64,000 nt of DNA from Felis catus (taxonomy: Eukaryota): NCBI RefSeq assembly GCF_018350175.1, contig NC_058369.1, positions 10,108,001-10,172,000 on the forward strand, read 5' to 3'. Shown one piece after another: positions 1 to 13,049 of this stretch. Under the pieces are notes generated by a model that saw only the letters and a program-made list of their open reading frames with translations, was not told where the DNA came from and made no database searches. A program made the translations under genes and the position numbers. Position 1 is the first letter of the stretch, and each line of letters begins with the position of its first letter.

Positions 1-379
1 TCTCTCTCAAAAATATATAAACATTAAAAAAATTAAATGTTTATTTTTAAGAGACAGAGCACGAGCAGGGGAGGGGTAGAACAGGGAGACACAGAACTGG
101 AAGCAGGTTCCAGGCTCCAAGCTATCAGCACAGAGCCCGATGCAGGGCTCAAACTCATGAGCCACGAGATCATGACCTGAGCCAAAGTCGGACCCTCATC
201 TGACTGAGTCACCCAGGCACCATAACTTCAAAAAAATGTAATTAAGAGCCAGCTGGCAGGGGTGTCTGGGAGGCTCAGTTAAGTGTCCGACTCTTGGTTT
301 CAGCTCAGGTCGTGATCTCACCGTTCACAAGTTTGAGCCCGTATTGGGCTCTGCCCTGATTGTGCGGAGCCTGCTTGGG

Positions 380-430
<51 letters not shown>

Positions 431-1959
431 ATAAATAAAGAGTAAAACCTTGAAAATATAAATAATAATAATAATAATAATAATAAAGAGCCAGCTTACA
501 CACACCCACTATACCACTGGATATAGATAACAGGGTGAAACATGACAAGGCCATGCCTTCAACCAGCTCTGTTTGTGCCCTGCGGTGCTGGACCCTGAAT
601 TTGAGGACACAGTGCTGACCGGGACTCACAGAGCTACCCCCCAGGGGGCACATAGATTGTATGTGGGGATTGGGGTGTGGGGTGTGGAGGAAGAAACAAA
701 TAAATCTACTCAACAAAATAAGAAAATGCTCAGGAGGCGTTCCAGGGGAGTTCTGCTTTGAGTAATTTCTGAGTAGGGTTTTGTGGGATGAATAGGAGTT
801 TTCCATAAAGACTGGAATGGCAGACCAGGCAGAGGGAAAAATGTGTGCAAAGGCTTAGGGTTTTTAAAGGATATGCCAGGTTCTTGGAGCTGTAAGTTGC
901 TCCAAAAGGGTAGCGCAGAGGGTGATAACTAGTCAAAACTAGCCCACAAATATTTTCAGAAATATCTGGATAGAGCTCCTAAGGCTTAAAAATTAATGAT
1001 TAACGTTTTTTATATTGTATATTTTTATTTTGAGAGAGAGAGAGAGCGCGCGCGCAAGTGAGCAGGGGAGAGGGGCAGAGGGAGAGAATCCCAAGGAACC
1101 TCCACACCCAGCACGGAGCCCAATGCGGGGCTCAATCCCACAACCCTGGGCACCGTGACCTGAGCCGAAACCAAGACTCGGATGCTTAACCGACTGAGCC
1201 ACCCAGGCGTCCCTAACTAATTAACGATTTTGTATAAAAATCCAGATTTGTGCCCTTCCAAGAAAACCCAGAAAATCGGGTAACCCAGCCAGGACCTGCA
1301 TCCCCACAAGGCAGTAAGAGACCAGAGCATAAGGGGAACGGGCTCTCGCATCCTCCGCGGTCCCCACCACTCCCTATTGCCTCCCAACACAGCGCCTGTG
1401 GGTCCCTTAGCATCTTAACATTTGGCCCACGTTTTACTGCTTTCCCCGTAAAGAGCAAGGTCCAGCCATACTCACATCTCTGTATACAAAAGGAAAAGGA
1501 AATCCAGGAGGACTCCCTGTTCCTAACCCCCAGCTGGCTTTGCTCTCTGTCCTTCCTGCCCGGCGGACCCTGTAGATGTCCGAGTTTGCCACCGCTGATG
1601 TAGCATCAGGACCCAAAGCTGGGTCACAGTGGTTTTATGTGCCAGCTCAGAAGTGTCCTTTAGGCTATGGGGAACTCTTGAAAAATGTGTATTCAATTAT
1701 TCAACTGATGGTTGCAGCGGAAGCTGTCGATGCCCCATCCAGACCCCTCCAGCCTCACCGGCTCAGCAGGCTCCCGGCTGCGGTCCAGCTGCCGCTACGC
1801 GCGCGGCTCTCGGCCTTGGGGCTTTCTCCAAAGCTTCTGAAGCCTCCTCTGCCCCGAGCCTGGCAGGTTGCAAGAGCCAGGGAACGGCCCCCCTCCCCGG
1901 GATCGCCTCTCGACCTGACGGGCAGTTGGTGAGCAAACGAGCCGTCTGTCTCTTTCACC

Positions 1960-2188
1960 TCCCGGCGCCGTCCTGCACCGCCCCCCGGAGGTCCCCAGCG
2001 CGAATGAGCTTCAGTCACCCACAGTGGTAACGGGCTCCATAACACGCCCGTCAGTCACCAGCTGTGTTCCATCTGTCTCCCTTCCCTGCCCCCCTGCTGG
2101 TGTTTCCCCGGGTCACCACCTAAATAAACGGGACTTGCCTTTGAATCCTTATCTCAGGCTCTGCTTCCCAGAAGCCCAACCCAAACCC
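1960..2188 (+). mobile_element. ERVL LTR16-type LTR, 3' part
   Basis: ...cacctaaataaac...ttgaatccttatctcaggctctgcttcccagaagcccaaccca resembles the recalled LTR16 end. Confidence 0.6.
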
Positions 2189-2599
2189 TAGTTGTCAAGC
2201 CACTACTCTGTGCTGGGGAACAAAGAGGGTGGTTTGTACTCTTGGGGACCTCACAGGGTAGCTGTAGAGGAGAGAGCCCACAAATAAGGACGTGAGCGAT
2301 ATATATGATTTAAAGACGGGAAGAGAAGGAAAAAAAGTACGGTAGAACGTGGTGGTTTTAAAACATGTCCACCCAGGGGCGCCTGGGTGGCTCCGTCGGT
2401 TGAGCGTCAGACTCCTGATTTCGGCTCGGGTCACGATCTCGTGGTTCGTGAGCTCGAGCCCCGCATCGGGCTCCGCGCTATCAATGTGGAGCCTGCTTGG
2501 GATTCCCTCTCTCCCTCTCTCTTTCTCTAATAAATAAACTAAAAAATAAAATAAAATAAAATATGTCCACCTACCCCCATTTTGCCCATGTGTGAAGGT

Positions 2600-2895
2600 G
2601 GCCAGAAGGTACAAACTTCCAGATAGCATATAAGCCCTGGGTATGGAATGTCCAGCACCGTGACTCTAGGTAGCAATACTGCGCTGTATATTTGAAAATT
2701 GCTAAGAGAGTAGTAGATCTTAAAAGTTCTCATCACACGGAAAAAAACTGGTACCACGTGTGGTGATGGGTCTTAACTAGATTTATTGTGGTGATCATTA
2801 TATGTATGTAATGTAATAACATATATAACATATATATATAATCGTTATGTTGCACACTTAGAATACAATGCTCTACGTCAATTAGATCACCATAA
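2600..2895 (+). mobile_element. L1 (L1MA-type) 3' UTR fragment
   Basis: ggtacaaacttccag...ttgctaagagagtagatcttaaaagttctcatcacac...gtggtgatcat typical of an L1MA 3' end. Confidence 0.75.
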
Positions 2896-4669
2896 AAAGA
2901 ATTTTAAAATATGAGGTGCCTGGGTGGCTCAGTCGGTTAAACGCCTGACTCTTGATTTTGGCTCAGGTCGTAATCCCATGGTTTGTGAGTTCGAGCCGCC
3001 CGTAGGGCTCCACACTGACAGTGCAGAGCCTGCTTGGGACTCTCTCTGTCCCTCTCATGCTTACTTTTTCTCTCTCTCTCAAAATAAATACATAAACTTA
3101 AAAAAAATGTTTATGAAATAAATACGTCCACAAATTCTTTGATATTATTTCTTGCAAGAAACGGAGCCCCGTCTACCTCCATCTGGAGTGTGGCTTGAGG
3201 AACCATCGTCTGATGGATAGAGTGTGACACAGGCGACAGAACGAGGCAGAGCCTCAGCTCCCTCAGATCCCTTGCTGTAGGGAAAGCCAGCCTTCATGTT
3301 GTGAGGCTAATAAAAATTAACCCTGGGGGTAACTGAGGAAGAAGGTTCCAAGGAGAAGGAATGACCTGTGCAAAGGCCCTGAGGCAGGAGCAAGCCTTGG
3401 TATTCAAAGAACAGTGATGAGGCTAACATGGCCAGAGTGGTGGGGGCAGAGGAGACATGGGGGCCAGAGAGGTCAGATGTGGTGCAGCAGTTGTCAGTGA
3501 GGGACACTATCACCCCTCAGGTTGACGGTAGAAATGTGCAAGAGTTTGGTGCGGTCACAATGCCTGGGATTGCTTGTGACATCTGGATGTGGCAGCGGGG
3601 ACACACAACAGCCTGCACTGTGACAACCAGTCACATGTCACGAAGAACTACCCTGCCCAAGATGCCCAGATCGAGACATCAGAGAATTATGAAAATCTTT
3701 TAAAAGATTTCTCTGCCTAGGGACACCTGGGTGGCTCCGTCAGCTAAGCGTCGACTGTTGATTTTGGTTCAGGTCATGATCTCAGGGTCAGGAGATCAAG
3801 CCCCATGTCAGGCTCTGTGCTGACAATGAAGAGCCTGCTTAGGATTCTCTCTCTCCCTCTCTCTCTCTGCTCCTCCCCTGCTCATTCCTTTCTCTCTCCC
3901 TCTCAAAATAAGTAAATAAACATTTTAAAAATTCTCTATGAAAAAAAAAAGATTTCTCTGCACAGAGTAGAATGCAGAGTCAGCTACCTTTTTTTGTAGA
4001 TGGGGGCAGAAAAATATATTCATATTTGTCCAGACTTGCATAAAGACACTATGGAAAGATATATCTGATTCTGGTAATAATGTATATCTGTTGGCAGCTT
4101 GCAAACTGGGCCAGTGGGGCCTGGAGTAAGAAGGGGGGCCTTTTGGGGCACCTGGGTGGCTAAGTCAGTTAAGCGTCCGACTCCTGACTTTGGCTCAGCT
4201 CATGATCTCGTGGTTTGTGAGATCGAGCCCCACATCAGGCTCTATGCTGACAGCACGGAGCCTGCCTGGGATTCTGTCTCTCCCTCTCTCTGCCCTTCCC
4301 CTGCTTGTGCTCTCTCTCTCTCTCTCTCTCTCTCTCAAAATAAATAAACTTAAAAAAAAAAAAAGTAAAAAGGGGACCTGTCAAACAATACCTCTTTGTG
4401 TATTTACATTTTTTTTTTTGAACGTGTGAATGTACTACTGATCAGACAAATAATTAGAAACCGAAAAGGATCACCTTGGCCACTGAGGGGGGGGGGCATT
4501 TGGAGAGGCAAGGCTGGGGTGACAGGAGTGTCATCTGATTTGAAACAGGAGTTGGAATCACGGGGGCAGGGGAAGGTTGACTTGGAGCTCACAGGGAGTG
4601 GGGTTCAGTTCTAAGACTGCATTCGAGCTGGTGTGTGAGTAGCTGGGTCGGCCTCCTAGGAAGGCGACC

Positions 4670-5495
4670 GTCTCCGACAGCTTGGGCTGCTGTAACGAAA
4701 TACCATAGATGTGGGAGGGGCCGGGAGGGGGGTGGCTTAAACAGCAGACACTCCTTTCTCACGGTCCTGGAGGCTGGGAAGTCCCAGATCAAGGTCTGGG
4801 CAGATTCAGTCCCTCGTGGCAGCTCTCTTCCTGACTGACAGCTTACACCTTCTGTGTTCTCACGTGTTCTCACGTGGCAGAGGAAGACAGAGGAGGGAGG
4901 GAGGGCAGGCACGGAGGAGTTCTGGTCTCTTCCTTGTCTTTCTTTCTTAAAAAAATTTTTTTTTAATTTTTAAAAATTAATTAATTTTTGAGAGAGAGCT
5001 CGAGTGAACAAGGTGCAGAGAGAGAGGGAGAGAGAGTGTAGATCCTGGAGTGGGGCTCGAACTCACGAACTGTGAGATCATGACCTGAACCGAAGTCAGA
5101 TGCTTAACTGACTGAGCCACCCAGGCGCCCCTCTTTTTTTATGTTTGTTTATTTATTTATTTGTGAGAGAGAGAGCAAGAGAGAGAGCACGAGCAGGGAA
5201 GGGGCAGAGAGAGAGACTGAGAGAGAGAGAGAATCCCAAGCAGGCTCCAAGCTGTCAGCACAGAGCCTGATGTGGGGCTCGAACTCACGAAGCATAAGAT
5301 CATGACCTGAGCCGGAACCAAGAGCTGAGTGCTTAGCCACATAACCCGACTGGGCCCCCCAGGCGTCCCCCCACCTTTCCTAAGAACATTAATCCCATCA
5401 TGAGGGCCCCACCCTCACGATCCCCTCGAAACCCAATCCCGGGTTCGGGCTTCAACATGTGAATGTGGGGAGACCGCAAACATTCGGTCCGTAGC
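4670..5495 (-). mobile_element. MaLR (MLT1A-type) LTR interrupted by two CAN-SINEs (~4950-5370, -)
   Basis: gggctgctgtaacgaaataccatag...ctggaggctgggaagtcccagatcaagg, then ...aatcccatcatgagggcccc after the SINEs. Confidence 0.75.
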
Positions 5496-5499
5496 GCCT

Positions 5500-5865
5500 A
5501 CCTGGAAGCAGAACGTGAGGCAGGGACTCAGATGCCCGTGATGTGGGGGGCAGGACTCTCAGGAGAGAAGAGAGCGAGGGAAGCAGGACGGACAGATGGA
5601 TGGGCTCAGCCAGGACGTGGGTTCAGCTGGATCTAACCCCAGCCTGATCCCACGGGGAGCTCTGGAGTGTGAACTGCATCATATTGTTGTCACAAGTTGA
5701 GGCAATGGGGGGGGGGGGCTGGCCTCTAGCACCCCCAGATCGGACCGCGATTGGCTGCGGGCTGTACCTGGGGGGAGGGAGTAGCCCCCTGGCATCTCCA
5801 GAGGAGGGGGCTCCCAGCACAAGACATGCTCCAGAGAAGGGGCAGGTGTCAGTCCTTGGCAGCTA
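5500..5865 (-). mobile_element. ERVL LTR16-type LTR
   Basis: ggaagcaga...cagcctgatcccacggggagctctggagtgtgaactgca resembles the recalled LTR16 consensus. Confidence 0.55.
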
Positions 5866-6617
5866 ATGGCCGAACCCAAAGCGGGTGGAAGACAGGTGCA
5901 CTGGCCCCGGAAAGGGGATGTGGTCCGGGTGGGGGCACCCGCAGGGTCTCCCGCGGCGGCCACCGGCCAGGGGAGGCCCGGCCCCATCCTTCGTCTTATT
6001 TTTATTTAGCAAACGCCGATCTGTCTGTCCTCTGTAGCATGCCAGGCACTATTCTTAGAGCCGCACACGTTTCAATCCTCACAACGACCTCCGAAGCGAG
6101 CACTGGTTTTACCGCTACCCTGGACTGCGGTCTCAGGGAGCCTCCCCCTGAGCCCCACCCCCCCCCTGCCCGGGGGCCCACGGAGCCCCTCGCCCCTGCC
6201 AGTCGCCCCCATCCATCCATCTTGCGGCCCCGAGCCCCCAGCTCTCACCGCCTCCGCTTGGCAAATCCTTCTTCCCGCTCTTAATTGATTCTTAATCTGC
6301 AGCCTTGGGGCAGCGCTGCTGAGAAGGCAGGTGGAAATCATTTCCTTCAGCGCCGGCCGGAGCTCCGGGCATCCGAGGGGAGCCCCCCGCCCCACCCCCC
6401 GTTGCTCGCGGACCTGGGCCCGCAGTCCCCGCTGGCCCTCATCCCACTTGCCCTCTGCTTCGCCCGCTTCGCTCCTTTCCCAAGGATTTAGGGGGGAGAA
6501 TGTGGCAAAAGGAAAGCCCCCCTCCCCTGCCAAAGACCAGAGCCTTCTGGGGGCACTGGGAGACGGTGAAGGGTTGGCATCATGGTGCCCATTCGAGGCC
6601 CACGTGTGCCCTGAGCC

Positions 6618-6848
6618 CAGAGGTTCTCACGGGGGCGGTTCTGCACCCCCTCCAGGGGCAATTGGGCTATGTGTGGACATATTTAGTTGTCATGACTCAG
6701 GGCAGGGGGGAGGGGGAGGGTGCTATGGGTATCCGGTGAGTGAGTGGAGGCCAGAAAGGCCACTCAACATCCTTCAGAGCGTAGGACGGCCCCGCCACAG
6801 AGAAGGATCCGGGCCCACTGTCACCCGTATCCCTGCTGAGAACTGCCC
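6618..6848 (+). mobile_element. MER20 (hAT-Charlie) DNA transposon
   Basis: cagaggttctca...ccaggggcaattggg...ttgtcatgact...gaggccaga...ctgagaactgccct follows the MER20 layout. Confidence 0.75.
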
Positions 6849-7602
6849 TAGGCTTTGCCTGGGACCCTGTACTTCCAGCTCCTTCCTGCTGGGGGTGCAG
6901 CCTCGGTGGGGGAGATGCCAGGACATCAGAGACATTTTGTAGCTTCCCTGGGCGACCCTGTTGGGCAGCCAGGACCGAGAACCACCCCCCAGCAGAGGGT
7001 CTGCTCTCAGTCCCCTCCCTCTTCCTCTCTGGGTGCCTGAGTTTGTCAACTGGGGGGCGGAAGAATGTTCTGGAAACCCCTCCACAGCCCCAGGCTCCCA
7101 TCCTCCTTCCCACCCCCCTGTGGGCTCTCCGGGCCACCCCCACACCCCCAACCCAAAGAGCAGTGGAAGCCCCCCACCCCCACCCCCCACCAGAAGGGCA
7201 CGGGAAGGGCCTCCAGGGAGCAGAGGGCTCCGAGGTGGCCCAGCCCTCTGACCCTCCTGCCGGGCAGGGGAGATGGCGGACAAGGTGGGCCGTCCCCGGA
7301 CCCTGACGTGTGAAGTCCAAACACACAGAAGAGGGGAGTACGAGGCTGGACGGAGGGAAGGGCTAACCCTCAGGAGAAGGGGGTGAATGTAGAGAAGGGA
7401 CTGGGGCAGTGGATGGGCCCCGACGGAGGGTGGCCAAAGCCCGGGTGCATGTGGGGCAAACAGGTCACCTGTGCCCCAAACACACCCTCGCCCAGTGACA
7501 CCCTTCCCGTGCGCTTAAATTCCCACACAGCCGCACGCACACTCACGCCCTCACGTGCCCTCAAATTCCACACGCTTACATGGCCTCCTATCCCATGGCA
7601 GC

Positions 7603-7604
<2 letters not shown>

Positions 7605-7645
<41 letters not shown>
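7605..7645. repeat. (CA)n microsatellite, ~20 units
   Basis: Read directly from the sequence. Confidence 0.95.
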
Positions 7646-7648
<3 letters not shown>

Positions 7649-9676
7649 TGAGGTTAGTGTCTGTCCCTCCGGGACGGAGCGCAGTGCAGACAGGGCTGTT
7701 TATCTTGCTCACCTGGTGCCCAGCACAGAGTGGACACGCGGGAGGTGCTCAGTCACACACGTCCTCACTCCCACGTGGTCACACACAGTCACGAGGGTCC
7801 CCCACACTCGCACAGACACACGCAGGCGCCCTCCCCCCGCCACCCCTCTGCCGAAGCCACCCTAAGACTCTGTAAATGTCACCTGCTGTCTGCTCTGGTC
7901 CAGGCAGGCCAGGGCGGGAGGGGGCAGTGGGCCGGGCGCTGGCCCTCCGCTCCCCACAGGCACCCCGAATCTCTCTGCTTTAGGGCTGGGCGGATTTAAA
8001 GCGAGAGCTGCCCTCCTGAAACCAGGACCCCCCCCTCCCCCATCCCCAGCACCACAGGGGCCTGGGAGGCAGGCCCAGCAGCCTCAGGCCTGGAGGGGTC
8101 CTTTGTCACTGTTAGTTCGTCGATTCATTTTGCATACTTGATTGAGTGCCTCCGGTGTGTCTAACCCCCTCGCTGGGGGAACCCAGCCCTCCATTTTTCT
8201 TCCTTCCAGCCAGGAATGTCTTCTGAGTGGGCTTTACCCCATCCCCCAGCCCCCGCTAGGGAGTACCGTGGGCATTTTAATCCCATTCTCCACCGCAGAG
8301 ACTTTGCTGGGAAACAGCTAATTATATCCCTCCCCCAAAGACAGTCTGGTGGGGCTTGGGTGGCGTTGGGTGAGCACGCCCTGCGTCCACAGCTGGTGGC
8401 CCGCGGGCCAGCGCACAGAAATTTCTATATATTTCTAATTCCACAGCAATACTTTGATTAGAGAGCCGAGGTGTTGTGTACGACCTCAGGGACCTCATTA
8501 TTTTTCTAACTCAAATAAATACGGCATTCAGAAAGCAGGGAGGGGCGGAGGGGGTGGAGGAAAGAAAAGTCGCAGGAAACCTCATCTATAAAAAGAATTC
8601 AGGCCTTAATGAGCTTTTAAAACTTGCCAACCCCTCTCCCCCCTCCTCAATCTATAAACAGAAGACATGGCTTCTGGCTTCAGCCCCGGATTTGGGGGGA
8701 GGGCAGGGTGGGCACAGCAGGCTGGGGACTCAGCTGGGTGTCTAAGATTTTGGGGAGGGGGGCTACCTTGCTTCATCCTTGTGTGTCTGCAATTCTTTCT
8801 AAAAGAGCTTCCGCCAGGAGGGGCTGGGGTGAGGAGATGGGGAAACTAAGTCCGGGCAGAGCAAAGGAAGGCTGGACCACTGGATGCGTATTCAGCAGCC
8901 TCCCTAAACTACTTTCACGCTGGGGCAGACAAGCCTTGGGTCTGCCCCAGGCTGTGGGGAGTCGGGGGGGGGGGGGGGGGGGGGAGGGCTTGCCACCCTC
9001 AATGGCTCTGACATTGGGATGGGTGTGGACAGAGTGAGGTGGTGACCACAGAGCTCCCTGAAGGGCAGGGTGACCTCCGAGTCACTGCCCATGTCGCCTC
9101 TCTAACAGGAGCAGGGAAGCTGCCCAGAGCAGGCAGCAAAGCCAATTTTAGGTGAAAGATGAGTTCAATGAGCAGAAATGAGCTTGGAGCTGAGAAATTT
9201 CTGCGTGACGAAAATTCTGGGAGCAGGGTAGACCCAGGGCAGCGGGCAAGGGCCTTAGGAAGGACTCAGGGGTCTGGGAGGGGAGGGGGAGCTGTAAGAA
9301 AAAAGATTCAAGGCACCCAGGGGACTGATGGGGGAGAGACGGGAGGGCAGAGAGGGGGCTTTCCCCTGTCCCTCACTTTCTCCCTACCCCCACTCCCCCA
9401 CTGCTGTTTTGTTCATGACACCTGATATGTGTTGGTCTTCCGTCTCCTCCACCAGACTGGCCTCCTGCCTCACCTGAGGGCAAGGGGCTTTGTTTATCTT
9501 GAAATGTAGGCAGGAAGATGTCAGCCAAGGATGGGGCCACCCTCAGGGCGTAAGCATCCCTGGGCTGGTAAACCCAGTTGGGATTTGCTGTGTTTGCCAA
9601 TTTCTGAGACATAAATTTCCCCACCTTGGTCAATTTCAAGTTGCAAAGGTGATAATCAGCGAAGGGGTAAGGCCAG

Positions 9677-10505
9677 TGCTATAGGCTGAATGTTTGTGTC
9701 CCCTCAGAATTCAGATGTTGAACTCCTACCCCCCAAAGGGAGGGTATTAAGAGGTGGGGCCTTTGGGGTGATTAGGTCACAAGGGTAGAACCTCATGAAT
9801 GAGATCGGCGTTCTCATAAAAGGGACGCCTGAGAGCTCCCGTGCCCCTTCCGCCCCATGAGGACACGGCGAGAGGATGGCCATTTAGGAATCAGGGAGAG
9901 AGCTCTTACCAGGCACCTTGATCTTGCATTTCCAGCTCCCAGAACTTTGGGAAATAAATGCTTATTGGCTTTTTTGCTTTGTTTTATATATTTAAAAAAA
10001 AATTTTTTTTAACGTTTTATTTATTTTTGAGACAGTGAGAGACAGAGCATGAAGGGGGGAGGGTCAGAGAGAGGGAGACACAGAATCGGAAACAGGCTCC
10101 AGGCTCTGAGCTGTCAGCACAGAGCCTGATGCGGGGCTCGAACTCACGGACTGCGAGATCGTGACCTGAGCCGAAGTCGGCCGCTCAACCAACTGAGCCA
10201 CCCAGGCGCCCCTGTTTTATATTTTTTTAATATTTATTTATTTTTGAGACAGAGAGAGAGAGACAGAGCATGAGTGCGGGGAGGGGCAAAGAGAGAGGGA
10301 GACACAGAATCCAAAGCAGGCTCCAGGCTCCGAGCTGTCAGCACAGAGCCTGACATGGGGCTCGAACCCACGAACCATGAGACTAAGACCTGAGCCGAAG
10401 TCGGATGTTCAACCGACCGAGCCACCCAGATGCCCCTAAATGTTTACTGTTAATAAGCCACCCAGTCCATGACGCTTTGTCACAGCAGCCTGGACACACA
10501 GAGAC
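9677..10505 (+). mobile_element. MLT1A0-type MaLR LTR split by two CAN-SINEs (~9995-10436, -)
   Basis: tgctataggctgaatgtttgtgtcccctc...; resumes after the SINEs with the duplicated taaatg(c/t)tta(t/c)tg and aagccacccagt...gcagcc. Confidence 0.8.
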
Positions 10506-10574
10506 GGGAGCGTGAGGGGGTGTGCACAGGGGTGTGAGCTACGGGCACAAGGGAAACTGGCCCCGGGCGAGGGG

Positions 10575-10731
10575 ACCTGATCTGTAGTGTATGCCAGTTT
10601 CCATGGTGTAAGTTTCCCCAGCTTGGTGGATTTCAAGCCGTGAACGGTGACGTCACCGAGTCCTAGGCTAGGAAGAGATGTGCAGAATGGGCCTCTGCGA
10701 GCCCGTGTGACCCAGCCCAAAGACACCACTG
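10575..10731 (-). mobile_element. MER63-type hAT element (a second partial copy lies at ~9560-9645)
   Basis: ccagtttccatggtgtaa...gatttcaagc...ggaagagatgtgca...acaccactg. Confidence 0.6.
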
Positions 10732-11336
10732 CGTGCCATTGCCTGGCCTGGCGGTGGCCCTTTTCCAAATTTGGCTCAGGAAGGAGAGAGGAGGAGAAAG
10801 CGAAAGAGCAGGCCTTCCCTCCCTCCTTCTAGTCCAGGGTCACACTCGCTGTTCCCTCAGCCTGGCATGCTCTTCCCCCAGATAATACCTGGGCCTTCCG
10901 CTCCCGATCTGGGTGGCCCCCATCCCACCCTGGCCCTGCCCCCTACGCTCCCAGCACCCTCCAAGCCCACCCGTGCAGGTTTCATGACGGCCATACCCCC
11001 ACTATGAGTAGAGACGCTGAGGCACGGTGGGCGGGAGGGGTGGGTGAAGCAGGGATGAAGGGACAGAGCCACAGGGTGACGGGCCGCTGCATCTGCACGC
11101 GTAACCACTGGGTTCAGCAGCGCCCGCCCCGATTCTGTGATTCTCTCTGCCGCCGTTTGTGCTAAAGACCAGCGTGAGCACCCAGCTCCGCTGTCTGAGC
11201 GCGGCCAGGTCACTTGCTGTCTCTGGGCCTCAGTTTTCCCATCTGCAAAACGGGAGCCCACTGGCACCAGCACCACCCCCTGATGCGGTGTTGTGCGCCT
11301 TCGAGTGGAGAACGCTTGGTTCGCGGAGCTCTAGGG

Positions 11337-11712
11337 CAGGGTTTCTTGGCCTTGGCGGGACTGACGTTCGGGGCTGGGTCAGCGTTCCTTGCAGGCCGCT
11401 TTGCAGTATCCCTGGCCTCCACCTGCTAGATGTTCATATAACCCATGCCCCAAACTGCGACAACCAAAAATGTCTCCAGACATTGCCTACTACCCCCTGG
11501 GCGGGGGACATAACTGCCCCCTATTGGGAAACACCGCTGTAGATTTGCGGTTTTCCGCCCCGTCTACGCGTTCGAATCACCCAGGGAAGTTGGAAAACTC
11601 CCTAAAGCCAGCCTCACCCAATGACTTCAGACTCTCTAGGGCTGGGGTCAAGGGTCACCACTGTCAAGGCCCCCCAGGTGATCCACGTGTCCAGCCAAGG
11701 CTGAGACCAGTG
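11337..11712. mobile_element. MER20 (-, ~11337-11538) followed by a MER5-type fragment
   Basis: gacaaccaaaaatgtctccagacattgcc (MER20 reverse core); gaatcacccaggg...ccccaggtgatcc...ccaaggctgagaccagtg (MER5). Confidence 0.7.
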
Positions 11713-11849
11713 ACGGGTGACAGGTGGCACAGCCAAAGGGGACAATGGAGGAAGGCCCGGCCACTGTGTGGGTCACCTCCAGGGAGTGGAGCGAAGGGTG
11801 AGAGGTGGCCGCAGGGCTACCGGGAGCCACAGGAACTGTTACTCTCCCC

Positions 11850-12440
11850 TTTCGGCTCAGGCTGTCACAACAGAGTATCATAGACTGTGTGCCTTATAAA
11901 CAACAGATATGTAAACAAATAACAGATTCGCAACTCACAGTTCTGGAGGCTGGAAGTCCAAGGTCAAGGCGCTGGCAGATTCCCTTCCCGCTGAGGGCTT
12001 TCTTCCCGGCTGGCAGACGGCTGCCTTCTCGCCGCCTCCTCACCTGGCCATGCCTCTGTGTGTGTGAAGAGTGAGCAAGAGATCTCTGGTCTCTCTTCCT
12101 GTTCTTATAAGGACACCAGTTCTGGGTGGTTTCGGTGGTCGAGCGTCAGACTTCTGCTCAGGTCACGATCTCGAGGTTCGTTGAGTTCAAGCCCCACACC
12201 GGGCTCGCTGCTGGCAGTGCGGAGTCTCCTTCGGATCCTCTGTCCGTCCGCTCTCTGCCTCCCCAGCTTGCGTCTTTCAAAAGAAAAAAAAAAAAAAAAG
12301 GACACCAGTTCACCAGTTCTATCAGGGCTCCACCCTTAATGTAACTTTAATTATCTCCTTAAAGGCTCCCTCTCCACATACAGTCACGTTGGGGGATTAG
12401 GGCTTCGACACAGGAATGTTGCAGGGACACGGTTCACTCC
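11850..12440 (-). mobile_element. MLT1A-type MaLR LTR with an inserted CAN-SINE (12122-12300, +; TSD aaggacaccagttc)
   Basis: tcacagttctggaggctggaagtccaaggtcaagg...cttataaggacaccagt...ttagggcttc. Confidence 0.75.
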
Positions 12441-13049
12441 GCACCGAGGCGAATGGAAGAATATTCAGGACACAGCCAGGCTGTGAGCTTCTCAGTGTCA
12501 TATGGGCACACAGACCCTTTGTGAACGTGGGCTCTCCATTCACCTGCAGACAAAGGGCAGGAGGGCTGAGTGGGGCCTGTGGGGGCTGTAGTGGCTCATG
12601 AGGAACGAGAGATAAAGAGAGGACGGCTGTCAGAGACCCACCCAAAGTGTGACTCATGCAGGACACTGTCCCCAGGGCCAAAGACCCTTCCTGACACAGG
12701 TTTCCAGCAGCTGCCGAAGGGACAAGGGAGCCCCAGTGGACGGGGCCCACGCCAGGCTCTCCGGCTCTCTAAGCCCACACTCGGTGCCCAAAAGAGGAAT
12801 ACTTTCTGGTTCCCCACTTGGGCAGGAAGGGGCTTTCCCATCCCTGAAAAACTCCCCCCGAAGCTGGGAAGATGTAAAAGGCACGCAGATGTGACGGGTT
12901 CAGGGCAGGAACGGTCGGTCGCACACAGCTCGGCTCAAGGAGGGGGACGCCCAGGCCCCCACCCCGTAAGAAACCTGAAGCTGTAGCCCCGCCCCGCCCC
13001 CTGGGGCATACAACATCATAGCATCTGGCATCCTCCCCATTTTTGTTTT

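Larger units (their letters stand above)
36..4365. mobile_element. CAN-SINE copies at ~36-222(-), 259-486(+), 1020-1213(-), 2376-2560(+), 2913-3105(+), 3720-3950(+), 4145-4365(+)
   Basis: GGGGCGCCTGGGTGGCTCAGTCGGTTAAG tRNA-derived head, (CT)n tract, A-rich tail; several have target-site duplications (e.g. aagagccagct, aaaagatttctctgc). Confidence 0.9.
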
